A DNA stretch of 46,460 bases from a virus (lineage: Duplodnaviria; Caudoviricetes), in IMG/VR virus record IMGVR_UViG_3300048574_000518, positions 1-46,460 of that record. One strand, given 5' to 3'. Positions 36,286 through 44,812 of the stretch are shown here, piece by piece. Each line of letters starts with the position of its first letter. Position 1 is the first letter of the stretch. The translations under genes and the position numbers were made by a program. The notes beneath the pieces are model-generated. The model did not search any database, was not told the origin of the DNA, and saw only the letters and a program-made list of their open reading frames with translations.

Positions 36286-37811
36286 GCACCATTACGACCG
36301 TTGACGATTTCGGCGCTGTTCCGGACGGCGTGACCGACTCGACCGCTGCATTCGCGGCGGCGATTGCGGCCGGCGACGTGTTTATGATCGCGGGGGACTA
36401 CGTCGTCGATGCGCTGACCATCCCCGCTGATCGAAAAGTGGTCGCCTTCGGCGGCGTGCGTGTCGGCCAGATCATGAACGCCTCGGGTCCGATGTTCAAC
36501 GTCACCTCAGGGGCAAGTGTCGAATTCCGCAACGTTGTCCTCGACGGTGACAAGGCTAACCAAGCAACGCCGCGCGACATCATTACCCTGACCTCGTGCG
36601 CCAATCTTGTTGTCGACGGCTGCACGCTCACCAATGCATCCGGTCGGTCAATCGGCGGGGCTGTTGCCAATACGGCCAAGATCACCAACAGCACCTTCAC
36701 GCACTCTCGCGACTACCCGATCCAGATTTCCGGCGCCGCCGACATGCTGTGCGAAGGAAACACGATCATCTTCCTCGCGAGCGATACGCCGGCCAACGCC
36801 AATATTAGGGCAATCCAGCCGACCGATGTCACCAACTTCCGTGCGATCGGAAACCAGATCAACACCGGACGAAAATACCGGGACGGCATATGGATGGCGG
36901 AATGCTCCGTCGCCACCATTTCTGGAAATACGATTGAGGAGACGCAAGACGATCAGGTGACATTCGCGGGCGTTACAAGCAAGGTTACGGTCACCGGTAA
37001 CACCTTGCGCGGATCGAACACCACGGGCGGTGTCGTTTTCCTCGCCCCGCCGGAAGGAGAGACACACGGTGACATCACCATCACCGGCAACGTGATCGAG
37101 GACGGCATTGCGGCAATCTATGTGTTCGGAGCTTCCAGGCTTGTGGTGTCTTCGAACACGATACGCGCCTTTACCGATGCTGTCAGGCTCGCGAGTGCAA
37201 CCCCTTCGAACGATGTCGTCGTGACCGGCAATATCATCTCAGAGGTGACCAGCATCGGAATCGACTGCGGAACGTCGTCTCGCATCAAGGTAACGTCGAA
37301 CACTATTCGCGGCCTGAACGGGGCCATCGCCATTCATGGGCGCAACGGGTTAGATGGCGAAGTATCTGACAACACCATTGTGAACTTCGCGCAAGGCGTT
37401 CAGACCGGAGTCGGAAAGTGGTCGATATGCGACAACCGGATCACCGGCGGCTTAGCGATCAAGTCGGCCAATGGTGTGGCGCCTGTTACTATTTCTGGTA
37501 ATCAGCTCATCACTGTTCTGCCCGGCATCCAGCTTGTGGCCGGGACGGGCCGCACAGTTATTGATGCGAACGTTATCCGAGGGCAGGGCAGCGGAGTGTC
37601 TGGAAGCCGAGGCATTATCAACGGATCGGCGATCGATACCAACGTTGCAGGCAACAGCATCTACGACTTTGAACGTCCTTTCGAGTGTTCGTCGTCGTCG
37701 AACCGAATCATCTACACAAACAATAACCACAGTGGCTGTGCGTTCGGCCCCGTCACGTCGCCATCTGTCACGCGAGTTGACAGCAACAACATCGGACCAC
37801 CGTCGATCTAG
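36282..37811 (+). CDS. Second beta-helix tailspike/depolymerase, paralog of the first
   Basis: VDDFGAVPDGVTDST; shares DYPIQISG and TGRKYRDGIWM; TTG start with GGAGG RBS. Confidence 0.85.
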   Translation: MSTITTVDDFGAVPDGVTDSTAAFAAAIAAGDVFMIAGDYVVDALTIPADRKVVAFGGVRVGQIMNASGPMFNVTSGASVEFRNVVLDGDKANQATPRDIITLTSCANLVVDGCTLTNASGRSIGGAVANTAKITNSTFTHSRDYPIQISGAADMLCEGNTIIFLASDTPANANIRAIQPTDVTNFRAIGNQINTGRKYRDGIWMAECSVATISGNTIEETQDDQVTFAGVTSKVTVTGNTLRGSNTTGGVVFLAPPEGETHGDITITGNVIEDGIAAIYVFGASRLVVSSNTIRAFTDAVRLASATPSNDVVVTGNIISEVTSIGIDCGTSSRIKVTSNTIRGLNGAIAIHGRNGLDGEVSDNTIVNFAQGVQTGVGKWSICDNRITGGLAIKSANGVAPVTISGNQLITVLPGIQLVAGTGRTVIDANVIRGQGSGVSGSRGIINGSAIDTNVAGNSIYDFERPFECSSSSNRIIYTNNNHSGCAFGPVTSPSVTRVDSNNIGPPSI

Positions 37812-37880
37812 ATTTGATCGACAGCAAAACATGTTTGGCAATCCTTCGTGGAGGGCCTGGGCGACTATCGAGAGGACGTC

Positions 37881-37985
37881 ATGAACGCATGGACTTTGAT
37901 TTCGTCTGGGTTATTCGTGGCGATCGCTGCGGCCGGCGTCTGGTTTGTGATGATACCGATTTTGAACACGTGGATGGGAAAATGA
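37881..37985 (+). CDS. Small membrane peptide (34 aa)
   Basis: MNAWTLISSGLFVAIAAAGVWFVMIPILNTWMGK; GAGGA RBS. Confidence 0.55.
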   Translation: MNAWTLISSGLFVAIAAAGVWFVMIPILNTWMGK

Positions 37986-38593
37986 ACATGCGTGAACCTG
38001 CATCGATCCGCTACAAGAACCCCGGGGCAATGTGGGGTAGCGCTCTTGCCATCAAGTGGGGCGCCGCAAAGCAAGCTGTTTCCCTTAACGACGGAACCGG
38101 TCAAGGCAACAACATCGCCGTATTCCCCACGTACGTTCAGGGTATCTGCGCCCAAATGGACTTATGGCGGTCATCGAAGAATTACCGCAACAAGCGGTTT
38201 TCGGAGGCCATACGCATATGGTCCGGTGGCAACCACGTCGAGAGCTACATCAAATTCGTGACCGACCGCGTGCCCGGCATGACGCGCGATACCGTTATGG
38301 ACGAGGCGTTCTGGCGCGGGCCGATGGCGATCCCATTCCTCAAGGCCCAGGCGTGGCATGAGGCCGGAAAGCCATATCCGGCGCCTGAGGCCGACTGGAT
38401 AGAGGCGCACCGGATCGTGCTGGGAGCCAAAAAGCCAGCGGCGAAAGAGGTCGCCAAGGACATCCCGATTGTCGTCGCCCCTGCCGCTGCGGCCGGATGG
38501 GCGTGGCCCGATCTCCTCCCGTACATCATCGGCGTCGCCGTCGTCGCCGCAGTCGCGTTCATCGCGTACCGCATCTGGAAAAGCAGGAGCTAG
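37982..38593 (+). CDS. Putative endolysin (lysozyme-like) with C-terminal membrane anchor
   Basis: SIRYKNPG...AVFPT...AIRIWS...AWHEAG; hydrophobic C-terminus; heads a membrane-gene cluster. Confidence 0.6.
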   Translation: MNMREPASIRYKNPGAMWGSALAIKWGAAKQAVSLNDGTGQGNNIAVFPTYVQGICAQMDLWRSSKNYRNKRFSEAIRIWSGGNHVESYIKFVTDRVPGMTRDTVMDEAFWRGPMAIPFLKAQAWHEAGKPYPAPEADWIEAHRIVLGAKKPAAKEVAKDIPIVVAPAAAAGWAWPDLLPYIIGVAVVAAVAFIAYRIWKSRS

Positions 38594-38595
38594 CC

Positions 38596-38853
38596 ATGTG
38601 GGAGAAGGTCAAATCCTTCGGCGCGTGGGTCTATAACTGGGTGACGGTTATCGCTTCGGTTGTTGTCGGCGGCGCATCCTACGTTCTGCAGCAGCTAGAA
38701 CTTCTCAACGCGATCGACTTCTCTGCGGTCTTACCGCCGGAAACAGCGCTCAAAGTGATTGTCGCCGTCGGCACCGTCAAGGCCGTGTGCACCATGCTCG
38801 TCGTCTTCCACGCTTGGTACACGGGCAAGAAGCCGGAGGAGGTCGCGCCATGA
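38596..38853 (+). CDS. Holin-like membrane protein
   Basis: Two hydrophobic segments, follows the lysin. Confidence 0.55.
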   Translation: MWEKVKSFGAWVYNWVTVIASVVVGGASYVLQQLELLNAIDFSAVLPPETALKVIVAVGTVKAVCTMLVVFHAWYTGKKPEEVAP

Positions 38854-39161
38854 TCACCGCTGGAATTATTGACGACGTGCTCGACGGTGCACGCGATCGA
38901 ATAGCTGAGGCGATGAGCGGAGCATATCACAGTGTTGTCGATCCTCTGTTCGGGTGGATGACCAATCCGCTCATCCCATGGGGTCTCAAGGGTGCTGCCG
39001 TTGTTGCCGTGTGCTTTGTTATCGGCTGGTTCTTCCCGTTCAAGTGGGTGAGGGCCGGACTAGGGTTCATCGTGCTTTTGGTAGCCGCTTTCTTTGCTGG
39101 CCTCTACCAGATGCACAAGGAAATGACGGCCCGGGCCGTCAAGAAAATCAAACGCAAGTGA
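38850..39161 (+). CDS. Membrane protein of lysis cassette
   Basis: Two hydrophobic segments, basic C-terminus. Confidence 0.6.
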   Translation: MITAGIIDDVLDGARDRIAEAMSGAYHSVVDPLFGWMTNPLIPWGLKGAAVVAVCFVIGWFFPFKWVRAGLGFIVLLVAAFFAGLYQMHKEMTARAVKKIKRK

Positions 39162-39172
39162 AGGATGATCGC

Positions 39173-39349
39173 ATGTTAGCTCTTCTTTTCGCAATCGCGG
39201 CGCTCGTCGGATCCATAGCTCTGACGGTGATAGTCTACTTCGCCAATATGATGTCAAGCTCTCCAAACACGCCATTCCAGGGCGGGTTTTTGGTGTCTGC
39301 TGCGTGGGCGGCCACATTGCTCCTGTGGCTTGTTTGGATTCTCGATTGA
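39173..39349 (+). CDS. Small membrane protein
   Basis: Two hydrophobic segments in 58 aa. Confidence 0.55.
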   Translation: MLALLFAIAALVGSIALTVIVYFANMMSSSPNTPFQGGFLVSAAWAATLLLWLVWILD

Positions 39350-39478
39350 GGGCAGGGCGCACGGCTGGTAGCCGCCAGCACGCGCGCCCCCGGAGTTTCC
39401 CCCGCACTACGATCGGAAAGGGATCGCAATGGCCTGTGAAGTGAACAACAGGAACCCCCGAGAGTCGAGGGGGAACGT

Positions 39479-39700
39479 ATGACGCATCCGCGGTTCGATC
39501 CGACCATCAACTTGGGACACCTCATCAGCGCGGCCGTCGTCATCTCGGCAATTGTGGGGGGGTGGTACGTCTCAGATTACCGCCTGACAAAGGTTGAGCA
39601 GAAGCTTGACGCTCTCTCAACCCTTGTCGTCGAAGCGGCCCGTGTTGACGAGAGAATGAAAGAGTTTAGCCGCCGCCTGGATAGGCTAGAGACGCGATGA
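39479..39700 (+). CDS. TM + coiled-coil protein (holin/XhlA-like)
   Basis: FDPTINLGHLISAAVVISAIVGGW...RLDRLE. Confidence 0.65.
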   Translation: MTHPRFDPTINLGHLISAAVVISAIVGGWYVSDYRLTKVEQKLDALSTLVVEAARVDERMKEFSRRLDRLETR

Positions 39701-39867
39701 CGCGCGCTCTTTCGATCGTCACCATTTCCCTCCTCATCGCATTTGCCTTCACAGCCTACACGACGAAGAAGACCACAAAGAGGCCGGCGGCCATTTACTG
39801 GTGCTTCGACGTAAATCTCGGCGTCGGCCTGCCGTGTCGATATGTGAAGTCAGAGCGGGCGGTTTAG
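39697..39867 (+). CDS. Small signal-anchored protein with two Cys (56 aa)
   Basis: MTRALSIVTISLLIAFAF...YWCFD...LPCRY; ATGA overlap. Confidence 0.5.
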   Translation: MTRALSIVTISLLIAFAFTAYTTKKTTKRPAAIYWCFDVNLGVGLPCRYVKSERAV

Positions 39868-39876
39868 GATCATCGC

Positions 39877-40995
39877 ATGATAGGAATCCCCAAGCCCGCC
39901 AATCGCGGCGGCACTCCCCCCATTTCTGATGATGTTCTCCGCGAAGCCGTCGCGCTTCGCCTGGCGCACGGCTCTGCAGCAGCAGCTTCTCGGGCGTCCG
40001 GCATTCCAGCTACGACACTTAAGCATCGTCTAGAGCGCGCGGCCCTTCGCGGGTTCTTGCGATCTGATAAGTTGCCGCAGGAGATGCATTCCCCTACACA
40101 GCCACAGCCTACAGACGACCCGTCGCCATTCGCAATCGAGCACGTCCCGCCTCCAGCCTACACAGACGGGGCGGTGTTTGAACTTGTCTCCAGACCAGAC
40201 AACACGTTCGTGTTCGGCGCGGCCGGAGATCTTCATGCCGGGTCAAAGTACACCAGATGGGATGTACGTGAGGACTTGTACCGGCAGTTCATCGAGGCCG
40301 GAGCGCAATGCTCATTTGACACTGGAAACTGGCTTGAAGGCGAGGCGTCATTCAATCGATACGACATCGAAGCCCATGGCCTGGATCAGCAGTGCCAGCT
40401 ATTGGCAAAGCGCCACCCCCGTGGGCTCCCGACATACGCTGTTTGGGGAGACGATCACGAGGGCTGGTATGTCCAGCGAGAAGGGATCGACGTAGGCAGC
40501 CATGCCGAGATGGTCATGCGCCGGCATGGTCACGAGTGGACAAACCTCGGGTTCATGGAAGCGCACGTCCGGCTGGTCAATGCGAACACTGGTGCTGCCG
40601 CTTACATGGCTGTCGTTCACCCCGGTGGCGGCTCAGCCTACGCCTTGAGCTACAGCATTCAGAAGATCATCGAGTCTCTGGAGGGCGGCGAGAAGCCGGC
40701 GGTCGGTCTGTACGGCCACTATCATAAGCTCTGGGCCGGCAACATCCGCAACGTATGGGCTGTCCAGACGGGGTGCCAGCAAGACCAAACCACCTTCATG
40801 CGCAAGAAGCGACTTGAGGCCCACGTCGGCGGTGTGCTGGTCAGGCTTAAACAGGACCCCCGCACTGGCGCCGTCACCTCCATGACGCCAGAACTCATCC
40901 GGTACTTCAACAAGGGTTATTACGAGACATCGCAATCAAACCGGTGGTCAAAGCATGGCAGCGTCAACCTGCCGGCACGGCGCATTGGTGGGTAA
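39877..40995 (+). CDS. Calcineurin-like metallophosphoesterase with N-terminal HTH
   Basis: GDLHAG, TGNWLEG, GDDHE, HPGGG, GHYH; HTH GSAAAASRASGIPATTLKHRL. Confidence 0.85.
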   Translation: MIGIPKPANRGGTPPISDDVLREAVALRLAHGSAAAASRASGIPATTLKHRLERAALRGFLRSDKLPQEMHSPTQPQPTDDPSPFAIEHVPPPAYTDGAVFELVSRPDNTFVFGAAGDLHAGSKYTRWDVREDLYRQFIEAGAQCSFDTGNWLEGEASFNRYDIEAHGLDQQCQLLAKRHPRGLPTYAVWGDDHEGWYVQREGIDVGSHAEMVMRRHGHEWTNLGFMEAHVRLVNANTGAAAYMAVVHPGGGSAYALSYSIQKIIESLEGGEKPAVGLYGHYHKLWAGNIRNVWAVQTGCQQDQTTFMRKKRLEAHVGGVLVRLKQDPRTGAVTSMTPELIRYFNKGYYETSQSNRWSKHGSVNLPARRIGG

Positions 40996-40996
40996 T

Positions 40997-41212
40997 ATGC
41001 CCAACCAAAAATATCACCAGATCATAGAAGGCGAATGGACGCCCGTTCCAAAGCGAGGACACCACAATCAGTGCTGCGATTGCAGCATGGTTCATGTCAT
41101 CGACTACCGAACTAACAGAGACGGGCAGCAAGAAATACGTGTGCGTGTGGATCGTCGCGCGACAGCCGCAGCTCGCCGCGCCTTCAACTTCCAGAAAGAC
41201 GACGATGGGTGA
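40997..41212 (+). CDS. Small Cys/His-rich protein
   Basis: HHNQCCDCSMVH. Confidence 0.7.
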   Translation: MPNQKYHQIIEGEWTPVPKRGHHNQCCDCSMVHVIDYRTNRDGQQEIRVRVDRRATAAARRAFNFQKDDDG

Positions 41213-41281
41213 ACTCCTGTTGGCCGTCTCTCTCGCTACCATCCTTTTCATCCCCCTGTGGGGCAATCCAAATGAGGACAA

Positions 41282-41662
41282 ATGACGCCGAAGATGGGGG
41301 CGGATGCCCTATTGGATTTCGACCTTGTTTACGTCGCTACTCCATATCGCAAGTACACCGGCGGCCTTGAGGCGGCCTATGAAGCCGCTGGCGCGGTCGC
41401 TGGCGAGCTATCCCGCCTTGGGGTGTCGGTGTTCTGCCCGATCACGCACTCGCACTCCATAGCCCAACACAGCGGCCTAGACCCCACAGATAACGATCTG
41501 TGGATGCGGATCAACAAGAAGGTGGCGCCTGTCTGCGATGCCATCGTGGTTGCCCGCCTTGATGGATGGGAACACTCGGACGGCATCGCCGAGGAAATCG
41601 TCTTGTTCGCCGGCAAGCCCATCTTTCATATCGATCCGGTCACCATGGAGATTGTCGGATGA
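41282..41662 (+). CDS. DUF1937 / nucleoside 2-deoxyribosyltransferase-like protein
   Basis: VYVATPY...VFCPITHSH...CDAIVV...GWEHSDGIAEEI. Confidence 0.8.
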   Translation: MTPKMGADALLDFDLVYVATPYRKYTGGLEAAYEAAGAVAGELSRLGVSVFCPITHSHSIAQHSGLDPTDNDLWMRINKKVAPVCDAIVVARLDGWEHSDGIAEEIVLFAGKPIFHIDPVTMEIVG

Positions 41663-41904
41663 AGTATCCGCCGGTTGATTTTGTCCGCGTACTTGGAACG
41701 GGAGACGACATTACGCTATCGACTTCCGCCGATGGGAAGAACGTGTTCCGGTCGTTAAACGAGGAACAGTTCTATGTGCTGGTTGAAAGCATTGCCGATC
41801 GCGCGAAGGCGTTGGCGGCCAGACGCCGGATACGTATTGTCAATGAAGTTCCGGCCTTCGCAGAGGAGATGCAGCCGCCGAGCGACACTGAGTTTCGGTC
41901 CTAG
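41659..41904 (+). CDS. Hypothetical protein
   Basis: ATGA overlap; GGAG RBS. Confidence 0.6.
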   Translation: MKYPPVDFVRVLGTGDDITLSTSADGKNVFRSLNEEQFYVLVESIADRAKALAARRRIRIVNEVPAFAEEMQPPSDTEFRS

Positions 41905-41968
41905 ACCGTCCTACCGTCCATTGTGGACACAGGTGGACAGGAGCCACCTGTTAAATGCCTCAGCCTTC

Positions 41969-42004
41969 CCCGCGCTTCCGGTTCGTCCGGGGCGCGGGAT
42001 TTTT
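41969..42004 (+). terminator. Terminator at convergence of late and right-end operons
   Basis: CCCGCGCTTCCGG-ttcgt-CCGGGGCGCGGG-ATTTTT. Confidence 0.75.
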
Positions 42005-42083
42005 CATTGCGCGCCATAGGCGGGCGAGGCTGATCCAGAAGCGGCACATTTTTCTTTTATCGTCCGCAGATCATATAACGTAT

Positions 42084-42251
42084 TTATACGTCCCGGCGCA
42101 TATTTGGCGTTGATTGCCCATTAGTTGCGATAGCGATCTTGAACAGCGTGCGACGTAACCACGACGGCCTCCCATCCTTGTAGTAGCACGGCCATATGTC
42201 AGGGTCAGGAAACCGCCCCCATCGCTTATAGAACCAACGCCAATCTTTCAT
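42084..42251 (-). CDS. Small Trp-rich protein (55 aa)
   Basis: MKDWRWFYKRWGRFPDPDIWPCYY. Confidence 0.4.
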   Translation of the reverse strand: MKDWRWFYKRWGRFPDPDIWPCYYKDGRPSWLRRTLFKIAIATNGQSTPNMRRDV

Positions 42252-42265
42252 GGTTAGCAACCGTT

Positions 42266-42550
42266 TCAGTCAAGCACGCCGACTGACCTTCGGCGCGCGT
42301 TGCGCAGAGACTCGCGGTCGATCCTGATGCACGACGCAAAGTAGACAGGATCGGCAAAGAACGTCTCATCGTCGAACTTCCGAAACGCCTCTGAGCCGGC
42401 AAGCGGTCTCATAGACAACAGCGTGTCGCTCAACTCCTTTGCGGTTTCCCGCAGTCTCTTATTCTCGTCTTGAAGGCTGTGAATGGATCGCTGGTACTCT
42501 ACGCACTGCTCGTATCCATGATCGCACATATGGAATTCGGTGTCGCCCAC
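42266..42550 (-). CDS. Hypothetical protein
   Basis: AAGGAGG RBS. Confidence 0.65.
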   Translation of the reverse strand: MGDTEFHMCDHGYEQCVEYQRSIHSLQDENKRLRETAKELSDTLLSMRPLAGSEAFRKFDDETFFADPVYFASCIRIDRESLRNARRRSVGVLD

Positions 42551-42574
42551 GGCGGAATCCTCCTTATTCGCTAA

Positions 42575-42793
42575 TCACTGCTGTTTCACGTTTCCCCACT
42601 CTGGGCAGTCTACAACGTATGGAGAAAACACGCATACGTATTCGTCACCAAGAGTATTGCGCCAGTTATGGGCGGATTCGATCGAACCGAATATGCCGCG
42701 TATTTCGTCGTCTCCGCTGAACTCCAACACAAGGATGACAGCGCCGCTGCCACCGCGATGTGTATTGTAAAACTCGTCCGCGCTCACATCCAT
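42575..42793 (-). CDS. Hypothetical protein
   Basis: AGGA RBS; acidic 72 aa. Confidence 0.6.
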   Translation of the reverse strand: MDVSADEFYNTHRGGSGAVILVLEFSGDDEIRGIFGSIESAHNWRNTLGDEYVCVFSPYVVDCPEWGNVKQQ

Positions 42794-42806
42794 TCTTTCC
42801 TGTCGC

Positions 42807-42947
42807 TTACTTCTTAACGATTACATGTCCGCCACAGAATTGGCACACAACAATTCTTTTGCTTGCTTCGCGCCTTGCGCGTGGATCAGCCGTCCGTTTT
42901 GATTTGCGTTTTGTTTTTGATGTGCCTTTGTTTCTCTTCATCGGCAT
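42807..42947 (-). CDS. Small basic CxxC protein
   Basis: MPMKRNKG...CQFCGG; flanked by 13-bp direct repeats. Confidence 0.5.
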   Translation of the reverse strand: MPMKRNKGTSKTKRKSKRTADPRARREASKRIVVCQFCGGHVIVKK

Positions 42948-42960
42948 ACATTCCTGTCGC

Positions 42961-43173
42961 TTAACGCCGTTTCCGGCGAAGATTCCAGTCGAATAGAAGA
43001 GGGCACGGAAACTCACGGCACCGCTCGATCATCGGTAGCAAATTGCGGCGTCTTCGGTCGATGTCGTTCATAACAGGGTACGGTTTGACGACGCGCAATC
43101 GTTGATGCGGCTTTTTGCGCGCCTCACCTCTGTTCATCCGCAACTGCATTTCAAACGGAAACACGGGGATCAT
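42961..43173 (-). CDS. Hypothetical basic protein
   Basis: ATGA-coupled. Confidence 0.55.
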   Translation of the reverse strand: MIPVFPFEMQLRMNRGEARKKPHQRLRVVKPYPVMNDIDRRRRNLLPMIERCREFPCPLLFDWNLRRKRR

Positions 43174-43433
43174 TTCGCGCCTTTCTGCTCATCAGTGATG
43201 AAACGAATCCCCATCGCAGCGTCAAAGTAAACGCTCTCGATTTCGTCGTACCTGTTGCGGCCATCGCGATCCCAATCTATCGCCTTGTCTCGCATTGCTA
43301 ACGCCGACCGCTGCCACCCCTTGACTGCCGCCCGCGCCTCATCCCGCTCGCGCGTCAGGCGCTCGATCTCGGCGGCAACGGGGTCGCCGACATAATTTCC
43401 ATCACGACGAAGGCGTTGCACAATCTCATTCAT
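43170..43433 (-). CDS. Coiled-coil protein related to 2235..2591
   Basis: Shares IERLTRERDEA. Confidence 0.65.
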   Translation of the reverse strand: MNEIVQRLRRDGNYVGDPVAAEIERLTRERDEARAAVKGWQRSALAMRDKAIDWDRDGRNRYDEIESVYFDAAMGIRFITDEQKGAK

Positions 43434-43448
43434 CGCAAACCTCGTTAA

Positions 43449-43631
43449 TCAGGAATTGGCTCTGTTTTCGCGGGCCGCACGCTGCTCGTACAGTTCAGCT
43501 TGCTTGCGGCAGTGCCTGGCGTCCGCGTCGTGTCGCTCTGCCTTGGCACGGTAGTACTCCGCCAGCGCCATGCATCGGCTGAACATCTGCGCGCGCACGT
43601 CGTCAGTTTCGTTGTCGCGATACGCGATCAT
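43449..43631 (-). CDS. Hypothetical protein
   Basis: GAGGG RBS. Confidence 0.55.
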   Translation of the reverse strand: MIAYRDNETDDVRAQMFSRCMALAEYYRAKAERHDADARHCRKQAELYEQRAARENRANS

Positions 43632-43798
43632 TTCGAATCCCTCGCTATCTCGGTATCAACGCGACTGTGATCGTCTTCCACGATTTCAATGCGAGCGTAG
43701 TCCAAAACGAACCTCTTCCCGCTTCGTCTGGCGATCCTGTCCGACGCCTCCTGCACAAGGTCCAGCTCTTTGCGGCTGACTTTGATCTTTCCGCTCAC
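43628..43798 (-). CDS. Hypothetical protein (56 aa, not in ORF track)
   Basis: MSGKIKVSRKELDLVQEASD; 4-nt overlaps on both sides. Confidence 0.5.
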   Translation of the reverse strand: MSGKIKVSRKELDLVQEASDRIARRSGKRFVLDYARIEIVEDDHSRVDTEIARDSK

Positions 43799-44085
43799 TT
43801 CGTTACTTCCTCGGTATCAACGCCACGCCATGCGCGGTCTAGGTTGATGAAGTATTCTGGGCTCACATCGAATGCGCGGCCTAAGCATGCCGCCGTGTCT
43901 GGATCGATGACGAGCCTCTTGTCATCCACGTAGGCGGCGAGTTCGCAGGCCACGACTTGCACTGAGGTGCATCCGGTAGCGAATAGGAGAACCTGGAATC
44001 CTCGTTCAGTCAGCCCGCGTGCCAATATCTCGTCGCGGATGAACTCTCCAGGTGGGAACACTTCGGCTGGCTGGCGATGCGTCAT
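43795..44085 (-). CDS. HigA-like HTH protein
   Basis: AEVFPPGEFIRDEILARG...AACLGRAFDVSPEYFINL. Confidence 0.75.
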   Translation of the reverse strand: MTHRQPAEVFPPGEFIRDEILARGLTERGFQVLLFATGCTSVQVVACELAAYVDDKRLVIDPDTAACLGRAFDVSPEYFINLDRAWRGVDTEEVTK

Positions 44086-44300
44086 GGCTTCGATTCCGTT
44101 ACTTCCTCACCGGCAGCGCGGAATACGGGGCGCACCACGCACACAATGCGCCATCCAACCATCCCTTGGCATTTGACGAAAGATGCGCCGCAGTCTGCCG
44201 GGCAATCGAAGCGCGTAAATTCGTCTGGCAACGTGATGACGCCTTCCTCCCCGCAGCATGGGCATTTGAAGTGGTGATCGCGCTCTCGGCACTTCGTCAT
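44082..44300 (-). CDS. Zinc-ribbon protein
   Basis: CPCCG...CPADCG. Confidence 0.6.
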   Translation of the reverse strand: MTKCRERDHHFKCPCCGEEGVITLPDEFTRFDCPADCGASFVKCQGMVGWRIVCVVRPVFRAAGEEVTESKP

Positions 44301-44354
44301 CGGTAGCTCCGTTTCGATCGAACCTGTAAGGAATCCTTACGGGTTGATGTTCCG

Positions 44355-44603
44355 TTAGCGGTTTTCCCATGCCCCACGGATGGGCGGCGCGGCGCCGATG
44401 TTTCTGGTTTCCGGCGGGTTGTAGTCGAGAGCTGTTGGGTGGCACGGGTCGGCGTGCTTGCGGCCGTCGAAGCGCACCATCACGTAGTGCTGCTGCGACC
44501 GACCTTCGGGGGCAATCTCGCCGAATTGTCCTGTCTCGGTGTGCCTGACGCGTGCGCCGACTTTCGGTTCAACGCCGTAGGATCGCTTCACGTAGTCGTA
44601 CAT
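44355..44603 (-). CDS. Hypothetical phage protein
   Basis: MYDYVKRSYGV...VRFDG...CHPTALDY; GGGAG RBS. Confidence 0.7.
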   Translation of the reverse strand: MYDYVKRSYGVEPKVGARVRHTETGQFGEIAPEGRSQQHYVMVRFDGRKHADPCHPTALDYNPPETRNIGAAPPIRGAWENR

Positions 44604-44618
44604 CGCCCAAATCTCCCG

Positions 44619-44807
44619 TTAGCTCTGTTTGTTCGTCGCAATCCAAAGGCGCCGCTTCGCATAATATCGCACCGTCCTTTTGGCGCGATCGACGACGCCG
44701 TTTTCAGCGCCGATCAGCCATGGAAAACCGGCTTGCGCATGTTCGAAGACGAGAGCTAGCGCCTCATCCAGCGGTAGCATGTCATCAGGTTTCAATGGTT
44801 CGTCCAT
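44619..44807 (-). CDS. Hypothetical protein
   Basis: GAGGA RBS before MDEPLKPDD. Confidence 0.55.
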   Translation of the reverse strand: MDEPLKPDDMLPLDEALALVFEHAQAGFPWLIGAENGVVDRAKRTVRYYAKRRLWIATNKQS

Positions 44808-44812
44808 CGCTT

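Noticed and set aside
34280-37100. Diversity-generating retroelement (TR/VR pair) suggested by duplicated tailspike DNA
   Set aside because: No reverse transcriptase ORF; differences are spread over all bases and largely at codon third positions, not adenine-specific
43630-43650. tRNA T-arm-like TTCGAATCCC as possible att core
   Set aside because: No acceptor stem or second copy; explained as the RBS/start (GAGGGATTCGAAATG) of a minus-strand gene
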